The notes beneath the pieces were generated by a model. It made no database searches, was not told the DNA's origin, and worked only from the letters and a program-made list of their open reading frames with translations. Below, piece after piece: positions 34,480-45,161 of a stretch of DNA of 64,000 bases (the first letter of the stretch is position 1; each line of letters starts with the position of its first letter). Both the position numbers and the translations under genes were made by a program. The stretch comes from Selaginella moellendorffii (taxonomy: Eukaryota; Plantae; Lycopodiophyta): positions 448,405-512,404 of the forward strand of contig NW_003314265.1 in NCBI RefSeq assembly GCF_000143415.4, written 5' to 3'.

Positions 34480-34636
34480 GACATATGCCTAGACTGCATA
34501 CGGCCATACGAGCCGGATCTTTTGGGCAGCATCGGGGAAAGAAGTAGCGAGAGTTGGACTTGACTTACACGGGCTGGAAACTTCCTCCGTTTTGCTCTAC
34601 AACTTCCATACGTCGCCTTGTTACTTTCGTTCGTAG
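34480..34636 (+). pseudogene. 3'-end remnant of the PPR gene at 54482-56797
   Basis: Encodes WAASGKEVARVGLDLHGLETSSVLLYNFHTSPCYFRS*. Confidence 0.85.
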
Positions 34637-34948
34637 GCGAGGATTCAAAGTTCAGGAATGTTTTTGTTTCACCGGGAGGGAACGAGACTCTCGTTCAAAC
34701 GAAAGAGCGTGTTTTTGACGGATGATTTTTCAAAGTTTTTCCGGGACGGATGGAGAGGAATAACCGTGTATAAAAGCCATTAATGAAGCTGGGGGAGAAG
34801 AAGCGATCCCATTGGAACGGGAAGAGCAAAAGTTGCGATCCCATTGGAACTGGAAGTCTAGCAAAAGTTGGAGAGAGAAAGCGATCCCATTTGAGCAGGA
34901 AGAAGAGTTGGAGGAGATCAAAGCCAAAGCACTCGGAAGTGTCGGAGC

Positions 34949-35434
34949 ATGGAGACTCGTCTGATCTTCCAGCTGCTGCTGCTGCTGCTGCTCCTGGCTG
35001 GAGAGATCCACCAGGAACAAGTTGGAGCTTCCGCTGCTTCTCTCGTTTCTTCTGCTGATGAAGCAGGAGCACGGCATCATCGTAAACTCTTGCAGGATTT
35101 CACGGTCCAGCTCTCGCAGGCTTACAATCTCGAGATCCCGGTAGCGACAACAGTGCTCAAAGGAAAGAGCTCGCCTATACACCCAGCAGTGAATAAAGAA
35201 AGTATACTCCCAGCAGTGATCAAACGGAGGAGCTCGCCTATCCACCCAGGACCAAAACACGTTAGTGCATTCGAAAATGGATCTCCTCCAAGCATTGACA
35301 CCAAACAAGCTGTGAGATCTGGAACTCCTTCAAATGGAAAGATCGTTCCAGGCCCTCCTCCAACTCGTAACACAATTGCAGGCCGGCTGGATTCAGTGCC
35401 ATCATCGCCGATTCACTGCACAAAACCATGTTAA
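34949..35434 (+). CDS. Putative secreted peptide precursor (copy 2), 161 aa
   Basis: Signal peptide METRLIFQL8AG, RKLL, repeated SSPIHP units, C-terminal RLDSVPSSPIHCTKPC; TATAAAA at 34769. Confidence 0.7.
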   Translation: METRLIFQLLLLLLLLAGEIHQEQVGASAASLVSSADEAGARHHRKLLQDFTVQLSQAYNLEIPVATTVLKGKSSPIHPAVNKESILPAVIKRRSSPIHPGPKHVSAFENGSPPSIDTKQAVRSGTPSNGKIVPGPPPTRNTIAGRLDSVPSSPIHCTKPC

Positions 35435-36455
35435 ACGCATGATCAACCAAATAAATAAACTCTGATTCTACTAAGAAAGAGAAAAAAACAGTTTCAGAAT
35501 CAAGAAACTATTTTTTTATGTAACGAACAAATTAGATGGTCACTTGTGGCGCTGCTCAATCAGCTACAATGGCCACCCTGAAAATGTGTTATGAGTTGGA
35601 GGGAGAAGTGGAATTCTAACCGGAAGAAACCGAAGTTACCATGCCTGTAGATACAGTGATCATGCAAGAAACACAAGAAATGGATCTTTTCTCTCGTGTC
35701 CTTGCTTCTTATAAAATAGGTTCTTGATCACAAGAAGGAAAGATTTCAATTGATTTCTTTAAGAGTCATTTGCTTCAATTCAGTTTTATAAATTCGCTCC
35801 ACTATCCCGCTCATAGAGTTTTGTTCTCTAGTTCCTTGTTTCAATCTTCAAGCTTTTTCCTCAATAACCGGGAATCACTGGCTTTGGAATTCCGTTCGAT
35901 CGAAGAAACCTCCTTGATAACCTTCTTGACTGGTGAATCTTCAGGGTTTGTGCGAGGACTTTAGACGTGCCTAGAACTATACCGTGTGTATAAAATAACT
36001 CTCAAGGAAGAGCTCATCCCCGCAAAGGTTGGAAGAAAAGATGGTTCTAAAGCAAAGCAAAGGTAATGGCTCTTGATTGACTGAAGCTGCCGCTGCTGCT
36101 CTTGTTCACAACAACACACAGCGCTGCTTCTCTAAGATCTGATAGATCAGAATTTGCTTTTTCTCTTCCATACAAACTTTCACATTGTCTGTTTTCCACA
36201 AATTTCTGCTGTTCTCCAGCAACAGTGGAGCTAGTCAACCTATACATCCACAACTGCCGTATTATATACATATTGCGTGGCACTCGGTCTATTACCAACA
36301 AAACAAATTACAAAGTTTTTCTTGGTAAATGAAGTTTAGGTACTAATATTCTGTTGGTGAAAAAATTCATTGATGTTGGTGCCAAAATTGAGCTAGGGTT
36401 TCGTAAAGGACCACGCCACTTTCATATGTTTGAATAAAAATTATTTTACAAATAT

Positions 36456-36512
36456 TGGCGGTATGGTACTCTTTTAACTTCTGGCCGTGGGTTCGAACCG
36501 CGGGGTGCTCAG
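36456..36512 (+). pseudogene. Degenerate tRNA-Lys(UUU)-like or SINE-like relic
   Basis: CTTTTAAC anticodon-loop-like sequence, then TGGCCGTGGGTTCGAACC (B box); weak A box TGGCGGTATGG; stems do not pair. Confidence 0.4.
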
Positions 36513-36790
36513 ATACGGCATCCGGCCGAGCCAATTAGATCATATTATAAGAGTTATGACGATCGAGGGCCCACGCAGGGCATTCGACCACTCTTGGGCA
36601 AGATACTTGCAGCAACAGTATCAATTGTTGTAAAGGTCACATCTAAGTTCTTGCTACTCCTTGGAGAGCTTTGCTCCCAAAATACAAAAGAGAAGATGAG
36701 AGAAGGCTTCTCTTTTTCTCACCCGACAACTCCTCCTCCCTCGTCTCGATGAGCCATGACCGAAGGATATGCTGCACCAATTCTTGCCCT

Positions 36791-36837
36791 ATCCCACATG
36801 CCGAGGCGTGGAATAAGGGCACAAGAGCAGTATATAA
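36791..36837 (+). promoter_or_regulatory. Plant snRNA promoter: USE plus TATA
   Basis: ATCCCACATG at -70 (consensus RTCCCACATCG) and TATATAA at -30 relative to the U1 start. Confidence 0.9.
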
Positions 36838-36860
36838 GATAGGGCCTGGGGAAGAGATCC

Positions 36861-37020
36861 ATACTTACCTGGACGGGGTCTATTGGTGATCATGAAGGCC
36901 AATGGCCTAGGTTCGGCCTTCCCATTGCACTACGGCTTGGCCGGCCTACCATCTTCCCAAAGTGGAGGAGTGGACGTCGTAATTTGTGGAAGTTGAGGGC
37001 TCGCGTACGCGCGGCCCTCT
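36861..37020 (+). ncRNA. U1: U1 spliceosomal snRNA
   Basis: Starts ATACTTACCTGG; loop I GATCATGAAG; loop II ATTGCAC; Sm site AATTTGTG; terminal GAGGGC..GCCCTC hairpin; about 160 nt. Confidence 0.97.
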
Positions 37021-37466
37021 CCAAATTCTAAGCCCTAAGATGGATGATTCTTTCATCTCTTGTCTTCTCGAATTATTGCTCTCCTTAGAAAAATCATCCA
37101 TCAGCTGTCAAGAACACTCCCCCCTGCGATGGCGGCTCGCTCCTCTCGAATCCTCTGCGGATCGTCGGCATGCCACCGTTGAGCAGGCTGTGTCCAATCG
37201 GCTCGGGCTGCCTCGTTTGGCTGCTGCATCAACATCCCCGCCACAGGCGGTGCATACGATCCAGAAGGTTTCGATCCAAATTCTCGCTGGGATACCATGG
37301 AAGAGAATTTCTTGTTACCTCGTTTCAGTGAAGCCTTGCTCTTGCTGGAGAGCGGTGCTAATCTCCATAGCCTGTGTGTGTGTGTGAAGAGAATTGTCCT
37401 CGCGCTTGGTTGTAGCCGCACAATCGATTGAGAAAAATGGCAATGCTTACATGCTCGCGATGTGTA

Positions 37467-37523
37467 TGCTTCTTGGGTTTAATTGGATGCTTCTTGGGTT
37501 TAATTGGATGCTTCTTGGGTTTT
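37467..37523. repeat. 21-bp tandem repeat, about 3 copies
   Basis: atgcttcttgggtttaattgg repeated. Confidence 0.85.
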
Positions 37524-38165
37524 TGGAAGCCGTCTCGTAAACAGCCTCCCAATCCTTCTTGGTTTTAAAGGGCTGCTCGCGAGAGCGCCCGACTTTTTGC
37601 AAGGGAACTGGGTCTCCTTTATATACTGATCAAACTGCAGATTTTTACTCTCCGGCATGTGGGATAGGTTGAAGTGGGTTAGAATATTCGTTTGTCCCTT
37701 CAATTATCCACCTTTTGTCTTCTCGTATACATCACATTGTATCGATTGAATAAGCCTTCCTTTACGCAACCTTTATTTCCTCCATTTTAATCTTTGCATT
37801 TGTGATGGTTTAGGAGGCCCGCTCAAGGGAGTTCTGCAAAGTAAGCAGCGTCAACCCAAGGCCAGCCTATAAACCCTCCAAAAATAGCTCACGCACGGAG
37901 GCGTGGCAACGGGCATTGACCCATTGCTTTGTTTTCCTTACTCATTAGTTTAAGGCAAGGTTTCAAATTCTTCCTCGCCAGCTTATATACGCTGCTAAAT
38001 ACCCGATTCCAATCCCCGGCGAGTGGGATATCTTTGCCCTCGCAGCATATGCTCGAATCTAGCCTATCGTGAGCTTGGAATATTTACCGGCATATACTTT
38101 AAAACTTTGGTGTGGCGCTTTTATGTACACACGAGGCCCAGCCATGGCTGAGAGCTTCTTTGCGA

Positions 38166-40574
38166 ATGGAACTGCGATGCCGAGGAACACTACTGCCGGC
38201 ACTGGCTCCTCCTTCCTCCAGGGCACTCCAAAGGTACGCTACAAAACTAAAACTCCACTACTCGAGCAAGCGTCTTCCATGCCTGAAAACTTCGGAGGAT
38301 TTTACAACGAGTTCTTCGACGCTGGCGTCCGCTGCAAATGCAAGGATAGAAAACGAGTTAGATCGAGAGGAACAAGAACAGACGGCACTGCTCGAGGCTC
38401 TCAAGCAGTGGAAGACTCAAGTTGCTTGGACGAAGTTTGAGACAATGACGAAGAAGCTGGGTGTCTTACCGGATAGAGTGTGTGTGAGCAGGCTTGTAGC
38501 ACAGCTCTGCCACCAAGGGACGGCGGCCAGTGTGTCCAAGGCACAGCAGATAATGGTGGAGCTCCGGCAGAAGAGGAAAGTGTCCGAGCTCGTTGACTGT
38601 GATGCAATGGGATTGTTAGTGATGGCGTCGGCGAGAGTTGGGACTGCTCACTACTCGCTGGGAGTACTAAGGACGATGCTGGAGCTGGGATATCACCCAC
38701 CTGTAAAAGTTTGGAGCGCATTGGTGTCGAAGCTCGGGAAAAACGTTGATGACGCTCAGCTCGCTCTCAAAGTTTTTGACGAGGTTTGCCAGTGCGTTGC
38801 GGAGCAAGGAATGATCCAGCTGCACAGAAAGATGGAAGTTGATGGGAAGATTGTCGACGAGAAGCTTACCAAGAGTGATGAAGACAAAGCTCTGATCGCT
38901 GTCGATGAGACAAAGCTAACGAGACGTAGCGACGAAAATACGTTTGGTACTGGTTCTGGCTACACTGAAAAGAAAGAAGCCGCTTCAACACTCCTCGTAG
39001 TGACTGCTGAAAGAGAAGAAATCGACGACTTAGAACCAGAGCAAAGAGAAAAACTCACAAACATACAACTCAAGGAGGAAAGGCAAGCACTTAAGAGGAT
39101 GAAACCTGACACGGGAGCTTTCAACGCAGCACTCAACGCCTGCGCAAACATCGGCAACTTGGAGCGAGCAGAGCAACTCTGGGAACTCATGCCAGCATTC
39201 GGAGTAAAAGCAAACACGCTCACCTTCAACGTCATGATCAAGCTGTACGCTCGAGTCGAGAAGCTGGACAAGCTCGAACAAATCCTCCACACAATGGCCG
39301 ACGCAGATGTCGATCCGGACGCCACCACCTTCAACTCTTTGGTGGCTGCCTTCGTCGGCCTCGGCGAGCTCAGCCTCGCCGAGTCGATCGTCCAGAGCTT
39401 GCGAGGAGAAGGCGAGCACCAAACGAGAGTCCCGGCACTGCTGCCAAAGCTCCGAGAGCACAGCGCCAAGTTCCAGCCCGACGTGAGAACGTACACCACC
39501 CTGATGAAAGGCTACGTCCAGCATAACCGGGTGAGCGACGCCATGCAGCTTCTAGTGGCGATGCAGCAGGAGAAGACCTCGGCGGCGATGCCAAACGAGG
39601 TGACTTTCACCACTGCCATCCGAGCCTGCGCCAAGATGGGACTGCTAGACGAGGCCCGGGTGATCCTCCAGGAGATGGCGACGCAGAAAGTAGCCGCCAA
39701 CGTCGTCACTTACAACACACTCCTCCAGGGAGTGTGCGTCTTCCCAATCACGGACATGAAGCGAGCGCTCGAGATCGTCGAGGACATGAAGGAGGCCGGA
39801 GTGGAGCTCGACGTTGTCTCGTACAACACCCTGATCAATGGATATCTCGAGGCCGGAGACAACGAGCAAGCGCTGGCCGCCTTCACGAGGATGAGAGAGG
39901 CCAAAGTTCCGGCCTCCAAGGTGACGTATGGAACTCTGATGAAGGCCTTTGCTCGGAGCGGCCGGACGGAGCTCGTCGTCAAGGTTTTCACGCAGATGGC
40001 GCTGGACCCGAGAGTCCGAGTTGACGTCGTTGCTTGGAACACGCTGATCGATGCATACGCGAGAGCTGGCCTGGAGCAGGACGCGACGAGAGCGCTGGAA
40101 GACATGAAGAGCCGCGGCTTCTCTCCCACCAACGCGACTTACAACACGCTTGTCAAAACTTACGGGCGATCCCGGAACTTCGGACTGCTGATCCTTCTCT
40201 GGAAAGAGATAAACGCTCGATCAGTGGAGGAAGACAGTGCTGCGGTGAGAGACAAACCTTTGGTGGTGGGAGCTCTCAAGCCGGACGCGGCGCTGCTCGA
40301 CAGCCTCATCGACTCGTTCGTGCGAGGAGGATACTTTCAGCTCGCGCTCCAGGTGGTGGACTGCATGGATCGGCAGGGAATCCACTCGGGGCGAGCCAAG
40401 GCCAAGTACAAGCGATTGTACGTGGAGCTTTACGCGAACCTCTACACCAGCAGGCACACATCCGAGAGGAGGAAGTCCAAGACGGCCGAGAGAAGACGCG
40501 CTGTGGAGGCGTTTAAGTTCTGGGTGGGACTTCCAAACAGTCTCTACAAATCGGAGTGGAGACCTTTCGAGTGA
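38166..40574 (+). CDS. HCF152: P-class PPR protein, HCF152-like (chloroplast RNA processing)
   Basis: PDTGAFNAALNACAN, LVAAFVGLG, C-terminal SRHTSERR..AVEAFKFWVGLPNSLY..EW characteristic of HCF152. Start approximate. Confidence 0.85.
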   Translation: MELRCRGTLLPALAPPSSRALQRYATKLKLHYSSKRLPCLKTSEDFTTSSSTLASAANARIENELDREEQEQTALLEALKQWKTQVAWTKFETMTKKLGVLPDRVCVSRLVAQLCHQGTAASVSKAQQIMVELRQKRKVSELVDCDAMGLLVMASARVGTAHYSLGVLRTMLELGYHPPVKVWSALVSKLGKNVDDAQLALKVFDEVCQCVAEQGMIQLHRKMEVDGKIVDEKLTKSDEDKALIAVDETKLTRRSDENTFGTGSGYTEKKEAASTLLVVTAEREEIDDLEPEQREKLTNIQLKEERQALKRMKPDTGAFNAALNACANIGNLERAEQLWELMPAFGVKANTLTFNVMIKLYARVEKLDKLEQILHTMADADVDPDATTFNSLVAAFVGLGELSLAESIVQSLRGEGEHQTRVPALLPKLREHSAKFQPDVRTYTTLMKGYVQHNRVSDAMQLLVAMQQEKTSAAMPNEVTFTTAIRACAKMGLLDEARVILQEMATQKVAANVVTYNTLLQGVCVFPITDMKRALEIVEDMKEAGVELDVVSYNTLINGYLEAGDNEQALAAFTRMREAKVPASKVTYGTLMKAFARSGRTELVVKVFTQMALDPRVRVDVVAWNTLIDAYARAGLEQDATRALEDMKSRGFSPTNATYNTLVKTYGRSRNFGLLILLWKEINARSVEEDSAAVRDKPLVVGALKPDAALLDSLIDSFVRGGYFQLALQVVDCMDRQGIHSGRAKAKYKRLYVELYANLYTSRHTSERRKSKTAERRRAVEAFKFWVGLPNSLYKSEWRPFE

Positions 40575-40836
40575 GAAAAAAATCGTAACTTGACAAGCTT
40601 TACCTGGAAATCTTTGACGAGGCAGCGAAGAAAATTAGAAATCGCGCATGGAAAGCTTTGCAACTTGGAAAATCTCACTATCAGCTTGTTCTCGGACAGC
40701 GCTAGACGATCTAGCACCGATCCTTGAGTGCTACATTGTACCTGGCTGATCTTGGAGCGCCCGATCGATCGCCGCGCCCATTTCTCCACACAAAAAAACC
40801 CTCCACAATGTGAGGAGGTTTTAGGGCTCCAAAAGA

Positions 40837-42433
40837 ATGAAAAAGATTATCGTGTGCTTGTGCGTAGGAGCCGGAGCTGCGTGCTTGCTCGCCCTGAGGA
40901 AGCTCGTCTCGATTAGCGCAGTGGACGCATCAGGTGTGATTCTTTCTTCGATTTCTTGCATTCTCTCATCGATCGATCGATCACTTTAGCCGAGATTATC
41001 TACGTCGTCGCGAAATCCAAGGAGCTTGTTCCTCCTGGAAAGCTCAAGCTCCCTGAGAAGGCTGCTCTCGTCGCGTTGATCCCTCCAGGAAAGCCAGCCA
41101 CTGGCTCCTTTCGCGTCGCGGATTTTGTGAGTCGATTGAGCGCCACTATCTATGGCAGGCTCTTATACTATGGACCGCGCATGCCTTCTACACAGACATT
41201 CCTTTCTCAGTGAGTTTATTACTCGCGTTTTTAACTTGGTTCATCGAAAGCTTACTGTCGTTCTCTTGTCCAGGAACGCTCATTCACTCCCGATTGGAAC
41301 CGTGTGTGTTTCCGACGTTCAGTACCAAGGAAAAGGTAGCGAGGCTTTTGGTTTCTTCTTCTTCTTCAATCTTTGGCTTTGTGTTTCTCCAATCCTTGGA
41401 CAGGTCGAGCAGGAAATTCTTGGGTGTCTCCGGACGGATGTTTGATGTTTTCGTTTACGTTGCAAATGGAGAATGGACGAACAGTGCCTTTTGTCCAGTA
41501 CGTTGTCTGCCTGGCCGTTGTGCAGGGAATCGAAGCGGCTGCTCGAGCTAAAGTAAGGCCAGTTCACATTTGTTTTCTAAAAAATCTAAAGTTCTACTGT
41601 ACCTGATGTTTGTTCTTTAGAATGCGACGATTCCGGACGTAAGGATCAAATGGCCCAACGATCTGTATAGTGGCAACTTAAAAATTGGAGGAGTCTTGTG
41701 TTCGTCAACTTATAGCTCCAAAACTTTCTACATCGTTGCTGGTAATTTTCTTTTTCTGTTGTTTTTTTTTTTTCCTGGACTTCTACATGGCTAAACTCGC
41801 TGGTCAAAACTACAGGGGTTGGCCTCAACGTGGACAATGACGAGCCAACGACGTGTTTAAACTCCGTCTTAGCCCGATTGGATTCGAAAGCGACTCCATT
41901 TGCGAGAGAAGAGCTGCTCGCTACGATTTTGGAGAGCTTTGAGAAACTGTTTACGACGTTCACAACACAAGGCAAGTTTCTGTTTACATTTCTCGCCCTC
42001 TACTAGAATTTATGCTTTGTATTGTGAACAGGATTTAGTGCATTGGAACTCATGTACTACGAAAAGTGGATGCACAGGCAAGTTTTTTCTTTTAAGAAAA
42101 TGTTCTAGCCGCTATCACCATTTCTTATAATTTGTGATTCTCAGTGGACAGAAGGTGATTTTAGAAGACGACAGAGTTTCGGTAGTGATCGAGGTAAGAA
42201 CCCCGGGTTTTCTTTAGATACTTTTCTTACGGATCATCAACAGGGTTTGACTCCGGCTGGTTTCCTCCTCGCCTCGGACGATGCTTTCAACAAGTACGAG
42301 CTTCATCCAGACGGCAACAGGTACCTCTTCCTCTACAAAAACCTCTTTCACAAATCATTCACTCATCTCCCTTCGCAGCTTGGATTTCTTCAAGGGACTC
42401 GTTCGAAGGAAGCTCCCTGGCTCAGCGCAATAA
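40837..42433 (+). CDS. HCS: Holocarboxylase synthetase / biotin-protein ligase
   Basis: MPSTQ, DVQYQGK/GRAGNSWVSPDGCLMFS, RIKWPNDLY..KIGGVLC, GVGLNVDN, ELHPDGN/SLDFFKGL. Confidence 0.93.
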
Positions 42434-43281
42434 AAAGTCATGACAATGTTTTTGGATTTAAAGGCGGATCGTCAGCACGTCCAAGCCACGATTCTCCAAA
42501 CTGTGGAGGAGGATCAAACTCTCGAGCAGCGCGGTTGGAAACTTTAGAACACACTCGGGGCTCCGCCGGTTGGAGATTCGTTTCCTGTGCAGCAGGAATT
42601 TGATACAACAAAAAAAAAAGGTGGAGTTTTTGCGTCTTGGAGAATGTGTATATATAACAACATGGACAAATCTAGACAGCCGGTTCGTGGTGGTAACGAC
42701 AATGCGGAGATTGAGTGATTATTCGTTGGGCAAGACGATGGAGCCTAATGGCAGCGCACGGGCGCTACTAAGAATCTCGCTGGGTTTGCGCTTATGCCAG
42801 AGGGCAACGCGCAACCAAACAAGAGCAGGGAAGAGAGCAAGAGCGAGAGAGAGAGGGGGGGGAAGCGTGGTTGCATAGTAGTCCCGGCATTTTGACAAGT
42901 GCGAATCAAGACAATCCAAAAGATGTTAAATGCCCAAGCTCGAACTGTTCCTTTCGGTATCTCCACCAGGAGACCCACTCGATCGAAAGAAACCCCAAAA
43001 AATAGAGAAAAAAAAAACACGACTGTTCCTTTGATCGTGTTGGTGTTCTCCTCTCTCGCATTTTTTTTCTCTTCTTTTCCTTGAACGAGTCAAGTTTTCG
43101 TGCGAATTTTTGGGAAAGCGAACGAGATCCAACTGTTGATGGACTCGAGGGTCTTTCCCTGGGAGGTTTCATCGCTGGATACAGGTGATGGGATTGTTAG
43201 TTTGTCACGGTTTTGGGGGAATTGGAGCAGCGCTCTTGAGATAGCGGAGTAAAAAGGAGGGACTTTTGCGCGGGTACAAGG

Positions 43282-45161
43282 ATGATGGTGAGAAACACGA
43301 GCGAGGAAATGATCATCCGGAGTTTGATAGACGGCGGCTCCACTGCTACTCACGGTGCTGCTGCTGCTATTGCGTTTGAAAACATGGGCTTCATGCCTCA
43401 CAGGGCCAGCAGCGAGGAGCTCTTCAATAGCTGGATTGCCAATTCAGAGGTTTGATCTTCCTGGTTTTCGCGAAACCATCTTTCTTAACTTTGGATTTCT
43501 AGCAGGGTGGCTTGCCCCCGCACACTCGTCCATCTCGCAAGTAAGAAAAGATGGAATTCACCTCTGATCTTCACGTTTTGTGTTTTGTTTTTGGTTCTTC
43601 CCTCGAAACTCATCAGGATGTCGTCTGAACTTGCTGCTCTACTCGCCCAGCAACAAGGAATGGATCACGGCTTGTATCTTCAAAGCGATCACAACGCAAA
43701 GTCAAGGTGAGATCAAAGTTTCGATTTTGATGCGATTTACTAATATTCCTTCTTCTTCTTCCTGGTTTTTCGTTTGAAAGATCACAGCAGCAGCAAGAAT
43801 ATCCATCGTTGCAGGTACTACTTGCTTGCTCTGATAATTCAATCAAACTCAATCCATTTTCTATATGTTAGGCACTAAGCTGGTTTCAAACTTCTCAACC
43901 CATGACTCGAAGCCGTTCCACAGAGCTCAGGTCATAAAAGAAAACTTCCCTCTCGTTTCTATACCAAAAAGAAAAGCAAAAATTCAGGAAAAAAAAAAAA
44001 ACTAAACTTTGCGGAAACAAATCATTGTTTCTTTGCAGGCGCCGCTACCTTGAGATGCAAAGGCAAGATTTGTCGTCGGGAGCAAAGCCAACCGAGCAAA
44101 GTTTCCTTCCGTGGCCCGATAATCTCCCCCAGCATGATCACAACTCGTCAGTCTCCACAGTCTCCACGGTCGTAAACATGCTCAAGGGATCATTGGAGAA
44201 GAAGAGAGTATCAAAAGAGCTACAACACCACTGCCAGGCCGAGCAACACGAACTCCATCAGCAGCAAAACGCTGTCCAGGACGCAAGTTTCATGTTTCGG
44301 CTGGCGAACCCGAGCGAGTCCTCGGGTGGCAACGACAACAATTCGTGCCCCGCTACTCCAAGCCAGATCCATCTCTTCCACGATCAACAGGCGGGCCGAG
44401 CGATAAGTGAGTCGAAATATCTCCCAAGTTTGGGTGATGAGCTTGTTCTTAGCGCGATTTTCTTCTCATTTTGTGCCAGTTTTTGCAGGCAATAACGACT
44501 TGCAGACTGAAGATCAACACAAGGTCTGGTTTTTCTCTGGTGTTTTTTCTTTCTCTTTGTGACTTAAGTATCATATTGCAGAAGCAGCAACCACAGCTCT
44601 CGCGAGCAGGATCGATCACATCTTCTGGAAGATCTGGTATTTCTTCATATATTTATTTGTCAAAGTCTTGCAGCTTTTGATTTTTGAGATTCATAAGCTT
44701 CAAATGTGACTTTTCAGGTATGGAAGCTTCGGACGTTTCGACCAAGAAGCGACGAGTAGAACGCAAGAGAATGTAAGACATTCCATCACTAAGCTCCGCT
44801 TAGAGTTATTCGATTCTAAAAAATTCTTCTTTTCTGGAATTCCAGGATGGTGGAAGCCAAAGGAAGATCGTCAGTCCCAGCGATGCCTTCCGACATGCAA
44901 GCAGCGATCAAGCGCTCGGATGCACTAGAAAAGGAAGTTCGATCTTTGAAGCTCAACCTTTCCTTCATGAACAGGTGATTCACAAGGCTCTAGCGTAGAA
45001 AAACTTCGCTCAAGCTTGAAAGTTTGTATCTCTACAGGAAGGATTCCGAGCAGACAAAGCGAATCGAGGAGCTGGAGAAGCAAAACGAGGAGCTCTTGCG
45101 AGAAAAGAGCCGACTAACCGAGGAGTTGGATCAACTAATCTCTTCGAGATCAACATGGTAG
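43282..45161 (+). CDS. CYCLOPS: CYCLOPS/IPD3 symbiosis-signalling transcription factor, about 11 short exons
   Basis: RNTSEEM, SSEELFNSW, WFQTSQPMTRSRSTELRRRY, VVNMLKGSLEKK, KKRRVER, EKEVRSLKLNLSFMNRKDSEQTKRIEEL. Confidence 0.93.

Larger units (their letters stand above)
33530..36260. repeat. Inverted segmental duplication of ~50005-53390
   Basis: Collinear reverse-complement match of non-coding spacer, RRM C-terminal fragment, peptide gene, PPR remnant and RRM pseudogene. Confidence 0.9.

Noticed and set aside
34695-35373. Antisense ORFs over the peptide gene (polyQ/polyA frames)
   Set aside because: Lengths and stops differ among copies; the TATA box and signal peptide support the other strand.
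34949-35434. Calling the peptide genes CLE, CEP, IDA or PIP
   Set aside because: No canonical RxxPxGPxPxH, SPGxGH, PSAPSKRHN or SGPSxxGxGH motif; only partial resemblance.
37050-37720. Possible gene with KPKKHPI repeats
   Set aside because: Short ORFs, no recognisable domain or consistent exon chain.
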